Source: an uncultured Clostridia bacterium (GTDB lineage: Bacteria; Bacillota; Clostridia; Christensenellales; Aristaeellaceae). From it: DNA of 32,000 bases. The stretch lies in the NCBI GenBank assembly GCA_937886445.1, contig CALGBY010000052.1, positions 10,762 through 42,761 of the forward strand. Direction: 5' to 3'. Every line of letters starts with the position of its first letter. Positions within the stretch are counted from its first letter, which is position 1. Shown here piece by piece: positions 26,411-32,000 of this stretch. Both the position numbers and the translations under genes were made by a program. The notes beneath the pieces were generated by a model, which did not search any database, was not told the origin of the DNA, and saw only the letters and a list, made by a program, of their open reading frames with translations.

Positions 26411-28288
26411 ATGAAACGCATCAGAAAAAGTCTGCTCATCCTGGTCCTCTGCGCCGTATACCTGTTTCCTTCACTCGCGTTCTGTGAGAACGCGAAAGCC
26501 GTTTTTTCGGGCGGCACGGCGGATATTTCGGGCAGCGGTATCACATTGAAGAAAAACAAGCTGGAGATCTCCGGAAGCGGTGTATATGAGCTGAGCGGCG
26601 ATACGGAACTTCCGGTACGCGTAAAGACAGGTGCGGGAGATACGGTCACACTGGTGCTGAACGGGTTTTCGGTACGATCAAAGGATGAAAGCCCGCTCAG
26701 GATCACAGGCGAGGGCAGGGCAATAATCCTGTGCGCCGAGGGCACGCAAAACACGCTTTGCTGCGTTACGGAGGAGACCGCGGCACAGGCTTCCGCGCCC
26801 GATGACGAGGAAAAGCTGCTTCCCGCTCTGCTCAGCAAGGTACCGCTCACGCTCGGCGGCAAAGGCAGCCTCACGCTCGAGACCGGTTTCGGAGACGGCA
26901 TACGGGCAAAGGGAGAGATCGATATTTCAGATGTTTCAATCAGCATTTCTGCGTCAAGGCACGGCATTCGCTGTGTTTCCTGTAACATCTCCTCCGGCAG
27001 CATCAGCATCCATGCCGGTACAGACGGCCTTCACGCGGAGGGCGGTGAAGACATTGCCTCCGGCGTCTCCGTTTCCGGCGGAGAGATCACAGCCGTGACC
27101 GGAGAAGACGGCATTCAGGCGGATACGATCACGGTCTCAGGCGGTACGGTCTCTCTGGTCTGCGGCGGCGGCAGTGAAAGCGCCCCGAAAAAATATGAAG
27201 GACCCGGTTTTTCATTTTACTATAATGAAAGTGAAACAGCGGAAAGCTACGGAAAAGGGCTGAAAGCGTCACAAACGCTTACCGTATCCGGCGGCAGCAT
27301 CATCTGTGACACAAGAGACGACGCGCTTCACTCAAACGGTCAGGCCGGGATCACAGGCGGCTCGATCCTGATCACCGCCGGAGACGACGGCATACACGCC
27401 GACCGGTACCTGAATATATCGGGAGGCACTGTCACCGCAAAGGCCTTTGAGGGACTTGAGGCGGTACAGATCATGATCTCGGGCGGAAATATCCATCTGG
27501 AAACAGAGGATGACGGGATCAACGCGAACGGAGGAAATGACACTCCCGCCTTCGGCGGCGGCTTCAGAGGCGGCCCCGGCGGCAGAGAACACGGGAGAAG
27601 AGATCATTTCGGCTTCGGCCGGGAGGATCAGCGCGCGCCCGGTACTCCTCCTCCCGCTCCGGGGAATGAAGACGCCGCCCCGCTCCCGCCGGATGACGAT
27701 CCGTTCTCCTTTGGTTCCGAGCCCTCCGGCGGCAGGGAAGATGAAAGCACGGAAGACGGTCAAGCAGAGCTTTACCCGCTTTTGAGAATCACCGGAGGCA
27801 CGGTGTATGTTTTGTCCCGCGGGGACGGGCTGGACAGCAACGGTGATCTTGTGATCGAAGGAGGTAGCATCCGCGTGGACGGCCCCGAAAACGGGGCGAA
27901 CGGCGCTCTGGACAGCGGGAGCGAGAACGGCGGCAGCCTGACGGTATCGGGCGGAAGCATCATCGCGCTGGGCGCGTCCGGGATGGCGGAGCACTTTTCC
28001 GAAACATCGCTCCAGTACTCTGTCGCTTTCACATCCCGTTCCCCGTTCAGCGCGGGCACGCCCGTTCTGCTTTCAGACAGCGAGGGCGGAGAGCTGTTAT
28101 GCATGGTCAGCGCGGGATCCTTTTCCTCCGCCGTGCTCTCCTGCCCGGCTCTTGCGGACGGCGGGAGCTACACGCTTACCGTAGGTGAGGAAGTCTATCC
28201 GTTCACAGCCTCCTCTCCCGTCACGCTGCTCGGCAGCGGAGCCTCCTCCGGCCGCAGCGGTCCCTCGGGTTTCCGGGAAGGTAAGTAA
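26411..28288 (+). CDS. Secreted Cthe_2159-type carbohydrate-binding beta-helix protein
   Basis: The signal peptide is MKRIRKSLLILVLCAVYLFPSLAFC. Repeated beta-helix rungs read GG(S/T)I...DDG(I/L)(H/R/N)A (ITAGDDGIHAD, ETEDDGINANGG, SRGDGLDSNGDLVIEGG, GPENGANGALDS). This pattern is characteristic of the family annotated as carbohydrate-binding domain-containing protein (Cthe_2159-like). Confidence 0.82.
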   Translation: MKRIRKSLLILVLCAVYLFPSLAFCENAKAVFSGGTADISGSGITLKKNKLEISGSGVYELSGDTELPVRVKTGAGDTVTLVLNGFSVRSKDESPLRITGEGRAIILCAEGTQNTLCCVTEETAAQASAPDDEEKLLPALLSKVPLTLGGKGSLTLETGFGDGIRAKGEIDISDVSISISASRHGIRCVSCNISSGSISIHAGTDGLHAEGGEDIASGVSVSGGEITAVTGEDGIQADTITVSGGTVSLVCGGGSESAPKKYEGPGFSFYYNESETAESYGKGLKASQTLTVSGGSIICDTRDDALHSNGQAGITGGSILITAGDDGIHADRYLNISGGTVTAKAFEGLEAVQIMISGGNIHLETEDDGINANGGNDTPAFGGGFRGGPGGREHGRRDHFGFGREDQRAPGTPPPAPGNEDAAPLPPDDDPFSFGSEPSGGREDESTEDGQAELYPLLRITGGTVYVLSRGDGLDSNGDLVIEGGSIRVDGPENGANGALDSGSENGGSLTVSGGSIIALGASGMAEHFSETSLQYSVAFTSRSPFSAGTPVLLSDSEGGELLCMVSAGSFSSAVLSCPALADGGSYTLTVGEEVYPFTASSPVTLLGSGASSGRSGPSGFREGK

Positions 28289-28442
28289 TATCTGCCGGCA
28301 TTTGGGGTCGTATGGCCACAGAAAACGGCAAAGAACAGCAAAAACACAGCGTCACGGAAATGTCAGAGAAAAAATGCTGGTATTCGGGAGCGAAATGACG
28401 TATAATAGGAAATAAGAAAATATCTTTAAGGGGGTCTTTCCC

Positions 28443-28853
28443 ATGATAGAAGTCATTCACGGTAAAAAAGGCAGCGGCAAAACCAAAAGAATTCTTGATC
28501 TGGCCAATCAGGCCATCAAGGAACACAAGGGCGATGTGGTGTTTGTGGATAACGACACCCGCTATATGTTTGACCTGCGCCATGAAGTGCGTTTTGTTAA
28601 CGGCGGAGAATACGGCTGCGACAGCCCCGAAATGTTCTTCGGCTTCCTGTGCGGTATGCTGGCACAAAATTTTGATATCAATGTGATCTTTATCGACGCT
28701 TTCCTCAAGCTGATCAAGGTCGATATTTCAGAGGCGGAAAACTTCTTCACCCGTCTTGAGGCACTTGCTCTGCGCCACAATGTGCGCTTTGTGATCTCGG
28801 CAAATGTGGCGGATGAAGATGCTCCCGACTTTTTGAAAAAATATTTCATCTGA
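28443..28853 (+). CDS. Small P-loop NTPase-like protein (136 aa), function unknown
   Basis: A Walker A motif (GKKGSGKT) lies at residues 7-14 and a Walker-B-like hhhhD (VIFIDAF) is present. An AAGGGGG RBS lies 8 nt upstream. The stop codon is embedded in the thrC RBS (TGAGGT). Confidence 0.72.
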   Translation: MIEVIHGKKGSGKTKRILDLANQAIKEHKGDVVFVDNDTRYMFDLRHEVRFVNGGEYGCDSPEMFFGFLCGMLAQNFDINVIFIDAFLKLIKVDISEAENFFTRLEALALRHNVRFVISANVADEDAPDFLKKYFI

Positions 28854-28860
28854 GGTAGTT

Positions 28861-30330
28861 ATGTCTTTTAAAAGTACAAGAGGCGGCAGCGCCATCAGCG
28901 CTTCCGCGGCGATCCTACGCGGCATTGCCCCGAACGGCGGCCTGTATGTGCCTGAAGAGCTTCCCCTGCTGAAAAAAGAGGAGATCCTCGCGCTGGCTTC
29001 CCTGCCTTACGCGAACAGGGCGGCAAAAGTACTTTCTTTGATCCTGGATGATTATTCAGAAGAAGAACTGCTGGGCTACGCCGAAAAGGCCTATGCCTCC
29101 TTCTCCGTACCCGAGGTAACGCCCATCCGCAGGCTGAAGGACAACACCTTTGTGCTGGAGCTTTTCCACGGCCCCACGATGGCCTTCAAGGATATGGCTC
29201 TGCAGATGCTTCCCCATCTGCTGCGTGCCGCCGCGCGCAAGCAGGGCGAAACGAGAGAGATCGCCATCCTGACCGCCACCAGCGGCGATACCGGAAAGGC
29301 CGCGCTGGAGGGCTTCAGGGATGTGGAGGGCACAAGCTGCACGGTGTTCTATCCGCTGGGCGGAGTAAGCCGCGTGCAGGAAAAGCAGATGCTTTCCAGC
29401 CGGGGAAACAATGTACATGTGATCGGCGTACACGGCAATTTTGACGACGCGCAGACGGGTGTAAAGGCGCTTTTCACCTCTCCGGAATTCATCAGCCGCA
29501 TGAACGCGGACGGCCGGGTACTTTCCAGCGCCAATTCCATCAATCTGGGCCGTCTGGTACCGCAGGTGGCGTATTATATCAGCGCCGCAGCCGAGTTGAT
29601 GAAGCAGGGCATCCCCTCCTTCTCCGTATGTGTACCCACAGGCAATTTCGGCAATATCCTTGCCGCGTGGTACGCAAAGAAGATGGGCGCGCCCATCGAC
29701 CGGCTCATCTGCGCCAGCAACAGCAACGATGTGCTTACCGAATTCATCCGTACCAGACGCTACAACGCCAAGCGTCCCTTCATGCTCACAGCCTCCCCCT
29801 CCATGGATATCCTGATCTCCAGCAATCTGGAGCGTCTGGTATATGAACTGGTGGGAAATGACAGCGAGGTGCTGACAGGCCTGATGAAGCAGCTGAAGGA
29901 AAACGGCGAATACACGCTTCCGGCGGACGCCTTTGCTGCACTCAGAAAGACCTTCGCCTGCGGCTGCGCCGATGACGCCGAGACATTCTCTCAGATCTCT
30001 CTTTGCCATCAGGAGAACGGCTATGTGGAGGATACCCACACCGCCGTGGCCGGCAGTGTGCTGGCTAAGTGGCGCGAGGCGGAAAAGGAATATGGTCCCG
30101 TGCTGCTCGTTTCCACCGCCAGCCCCTTCAAATTCGCTCCCGCCGTGTGTGAAGCGCTGAAGCTTGAAAAGGATGAAAACGCCTTTGACAGCGTGCGCCG
30201 CCTGAGCGCGGCTGCCGGGCTGCCCGTACCCGCCCCCATGGACGGGCTGGAGGAAGCGCCGGTGCTGCATTCGATCACCTGCGAAAAGGACGGAATGGAG
30301 CAGGCGATCTTCAGAGCCTTTGAAAAATAA
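28861..30330 (+). CDS. thrC: Threonine synthase
   Basis: The N-terminus is STRGG...ILRGIAPNGGLYVPEELP. The PLP-lysine motif is FHGPTMAFKDMALQ, with TATSGDTGKAA also present. The 489-aa length fits the long-form ThrC. Confidence 0.95.
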   Translation: MSFKSTRGGSAISASAAILRGIAPNGGLYVPEELPLLKKEEILALASLPYANRAAKVLSLILDDYSEEELLGYAEKAYASFSVPEVTPIRRLKDNTFVLELFHGPTMAFKDMALQMLPHLLRAAARKQGETREIAILTATSGDTGKAALEGFRDVEGTSCTVFYPLGGVSRVQEKQMLSSRGNNVHVIGVHGNFDDAQTGVKALFTSPEFISRMNADGRVLSSANSINLGRLVPQVAYYISAAAELMKQGIPSFSVCVPTGNFGNILAAWYAKKMGAPIDRLICASNSNDVLTEFIRTRRYNAKRPFMLTASPSMDILISSNLERLVYELVGNDSEVLTGLMKQLKENGEYTLPADAFAALRKTFACGCADDAETFSQISLCHQENGYVEDTHTAVAGSVLAKWREAEKEYGPVLLVSTASPFKFAPAVCEALKLEKDENAFDSVRRLSAAAGLPVPAPMDGLEEAPVLHSITCEKDGMEQAIFRAFEK

Positions 30331-30339
30331 CCGGTTAAG

Positions 30340-30343
30340 CTAA
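30340..30343. repeat. Left copy of putative 4-bp target-site duplication (CTAA)
   Basis: CTAA lies immediately outside the left IS terminus and is identical to 31580-31583. IS5-group elements are known to duplicate YTAR tetranucleotides. Confidence 0.55.
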
Positions 30344-31579
30344 GGAAACACTGATTTAATCAACATACCAATGGTAAAACAACCCCGTTTTTGGTATAAT
30401 AGAAGTACCGCAGATCTAAACAAATCAAGGGGTTGAGAGCATGAATCAGATGACATTCAGCGACATGGAATACAGTGGACGGAAACGTGTCACTCAGAAA
30501 GAAAAGTTTCTTCGGGAAATGAACGAAATTATTCCATGGGCAGACTGGGTCAAGAAGATTCAGCCGTATTATCCTGCTGGAAAGCGTGGCCACCCGCCAC
30601 GCGGGATCGAAGTAATGCTCCGGATGTACCTGCTACAAATCTGGTTCAACCTTTCTGACGAAGGTCTCGAAGACGCGATCTACGACAGCTACGCAATGCG
30701 GAACTTTGTTGGACTCAACTTCTTGGAGGAACAGGTTCCGGATGCCACAACCTTGCTGAAGTTCCGTCATTTGTTGGAAGGGCATAAACTCGAGGAAGCA
30801 ATCTTCAATGACATTAAGGAGCGACTTGATCAGGCTGGCCTCATGATGCATGGCGGTACCATTGTGGATGCAACCATTATCCATTCTACGCCTTCTACCA
30901 AGAACAAAGAAGGTAAACGTGATCCTGAGATGCATCAAACCAAGAAAGGAAACCAGTGGTATCATGGTATGAAGGTCCATTCCGGAGTGGATTGTGGATC
31001 CGGATATATCCACACAATTACGGGAACGTCCGCCAATGTTCACGATTTGGAGGAGGCTCCAAAGCTACTTCGTGAAGATGATACGGTGGCTTATGGCGAT
31101 TCTGGCTATCTCGGGCTGCCGAACAGGCCGGAAATCAAGGAGAACGAAAAGCTCTCAAAGATATATTTCCGAATTAACCGCAGACCCTCGTCGCTGAATG
31201 TCAAGACCAGTTATGACGGTATTGACTGGGAGAAAGTCATCGAGCACCAGAAATCTTTTGTCAGATGTAAAGTGGAGCATCCGTTTCTGATCGTGAAACG
31301 GCAATTCGGATACTGCAAAACAGCATATCGCGGAATTGCAAAGAACATGAACCGGTTTTACATGCTGTTTGGCTGTGCGAACTTGGTCATGTGCATACGC
31401 GGCGGCAGAACAAAAGAGTTCTGCTCTGTTTGCCTTGGGTGATTTCTGCCCTGATTGTCCCCAAACGGGGCCTTTGGGGAGGAGATAAAGCGTATTGAGT
31501 AGGAATCCTTGCTGAAAACTTCAAAAATCCTACTCAAGAAAACGTACTTTGGATAACACTGTTATTATTCAGCGTTGCC
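30344..31579 (+). mobile_element. IS5-family insertion sequence (IS5 group), ~1236 bp
   Basis: It carries a single transposase ORF. The imperfect terminal inverted repeats are GGAAACACTGATTTAATCAACA (left) and, reverse-complemented, GGCAACGCTGAATAATAACAG (right). They match at 9 of the first 11 positions, with more matches if small gaps are allowed. The element is flanked by CTAA/CTAA, and the length is close to the 1.2 kb typical of IS5. Confidence 0.65.
30441..31442 (+). CDS. IS5-family DDE transposase
   Basis: The N-terminus (MTFSDMEYSGRKRVTQKEKFLREMNEIIPWADWVKKIQPYYP...MLRMYLLQIWFNLSDEGLEDAIYDS) closely parallels E. coli IS5 InsH. The DDE region reads VDATIIHS...YGDSGY...VEHPFLIVKRQFGYCKTAYRGIAKN. 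Confidence 0.93.
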   Translation: MNQMTFSDMEYSGRKRVTQKEKFLREMNEIIPWADWVKKIQPYYPAGKRGHPPRGIEVMLRMYLLQIWFNLSDEGLEDAIYDSYAMRNFVGLNFLEEQVPDATTLLKFRHLLEGHKLEEAIFNDIKERLDQAGLMMHGGTIVDATIIHSTPSTKNKEGKRDPEMHQTKKGNQWYHGMKVHSGVDCGSGYIHTITGTSANVHDLEEAPKLLREDDTVAYGDSGYLGLPNRPEIKENEKLSKIYFRINRRPSSLNVKTSYDGIDWEKVIEHQKSFVRCKVEHPFLIVKRQFGYCKTAYRGIAKNMNRFYMLFGCANLVMCIRGGRTKEFCSVCLG

Positions 31580-31583
31580 CTAA
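31580..31583. repeat. Right copy of putative 4-bp target-site duplication (CTAA)
   Basis: CTAA lies immediately outside the right IS terminus. See 30340-30343. Confidence 0.55.
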
Positions 31584-31624
31584 TATTCCGTCAAATTTGG
31601 GAAGCTCCATCAACGGAAACATTG

Positions 31625-31653
31625 TTGATTAGGATGTATTTATACTGTATAAT
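31625..31653 (+). promoter_or_regulatory. Near-consensus sigma-A promoter for the downstream partial gene
   Basis: TTGATT (31625-31630), a 17-nt spacer ending in TG, then TATAAT (31648-31653). Confidence 0.55.
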
Positions 31654-31690
31654 ACAGATAACGCATAAACTCACGGGGGTAAAAACGGAT

Positions 31691-32000
31691 ATGCGGCGTG
31701 CGTTTCTTCTGATATTCATCATTCTATTGACGTTTGCTATTCCATCTGCCTACGCAATGGCATTGCAGCCCGCAGAAACAGAACAGCAGGACCTCAGTTA
31801 CGGCACATATCCAATGGCTGTCAACCATGCCGAAACATGGTTGTCCGAAGGTTATCTGGATTTGGATTTATTTCTTCCGGAAGGGTATCCGATTGAACAA
31901 ATCTGTCTATTGCAAAAGAACGACCTGATGATCGTCAACGGAATTCCCTACACAGTCTCAAATGTATCAAAACAGGATGAGTTCATAGAAGTAATGACAG
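31691..32000 (+). CDS. Partial CDS (5' end) for a secreted hypothetical protein; continues past the window
   Basis: The frame is open from the ATG at 31691 to the window end (103 codons checked by hand, no stop). It is absent from the ORF track because it is truncated. The signal peptide is MRRAFLLIFIILLTFAIPSAYA. A GGGGG RBS lies ~10 nt upstream. Confidence 0.55.
   Translation, partial: MRRAFLLIFIILLTFAIPSAYAMALQPAETEQQDLSYGTYPMAVNHAETWLSEGYLDLDLFLPEGYPIEQICLLQKNDLMIVNGIPYTVSNVSKQDEFIEVMT

Noticed and set aside
29056-30270. A 404-aa ORF antisense to thrC.
   Set aside because: thrC is unambiguous, so this is a shadow ORF.
30384-31475. An alternative inverted repeat for the IS: CCCCGTTTTTGG at ~30384 against CCAAACGGGG at ~31462.
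   Set aside because: Using it would place the transposase promoter outside the element. It also gives no flanking direct repeat. The outer GGAAAC.../...GTTGCC ends flanked by CTAA/CTAA fit IS5-group behaviour better.
1-32000. A search by eye for CRISPR arrays, tRNA or rRNA genes, long tandem repeats and known defence-system gene signatures.
   Set aside because: I found no regularly spaced direct repeats, no cloverleaf-like candidates in the intergenic regions, and no nuclease, helicase or methylase clusters. A proper scan with tRNAscan-SE, Infernal, a CRISPR finder and DefenseFinder is still advisable.

Overview
This looks like a chromosomal segment from a fairly high-GC Firmicutes/Clostridia-type genome, judging by GGAGG-type ribosome-binding sites, a T-box leader and LplABC-type sugar transport genes. 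That taxonomic call is inference only.

Gene order:
- (1) 109-9639: an oligosaccharide-utilisation locus. It has a minus-strand ABC importer (solute-binding protein plus two permeases). Divergent from it are a membrane-anchored AraC-type regulator, an SGNH/GDSL esterase and a GH3 glycosidase whose domain order is reversed.
- (2) 9640-10167: a ~530-bp non-coding gap, which coincides with a by-eye rise in GC.
- (3) Minus strand: a 751-aa membrane HD-GYP protein, then a terminator, then an uncharacterised 655-aa cytoplasmic protein.
- (4) A Met-type T-box leader followed by metG.
- (5) A minus-strand three-gene operon: a U32-like protein with an extra N-terminal domain, a U32-family protein, and an M28 metallopeptidase with a membrane insertion.
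- (6) An XRE-family HTH gene translationally coupled to a CAT/E2-fold acyltransferase-like gene in which the canonical catalytic His position reads Glu.
- (7) uvrA, then rpmB, then two small membrane-protein genes.
- (8) A secreted Cthe_2159-type beta-helix protein, a 136-aa minimal P-loop protein coupled to thrC, and thrC itself.
- (9) An IS5-family insertion flanked by a CTAA duplication 10 nt after thrC. It is followed by a low-GC segment with a partial secreted-protein gene that runs off the window.

I saw no CRISPR array, tRNA, rRNA or recognisable defence system.

The least-explained regions are the U32-like/U32/M28 operon (17055-20244), the XRE plus His-to-Glu acyltransferase-like pair (20338-21584), the 655-aa orphan protein, the HD-GYP architecture and the mini P-loop gene.

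All family assignments rest on motifs read by eye. No database search was possible.
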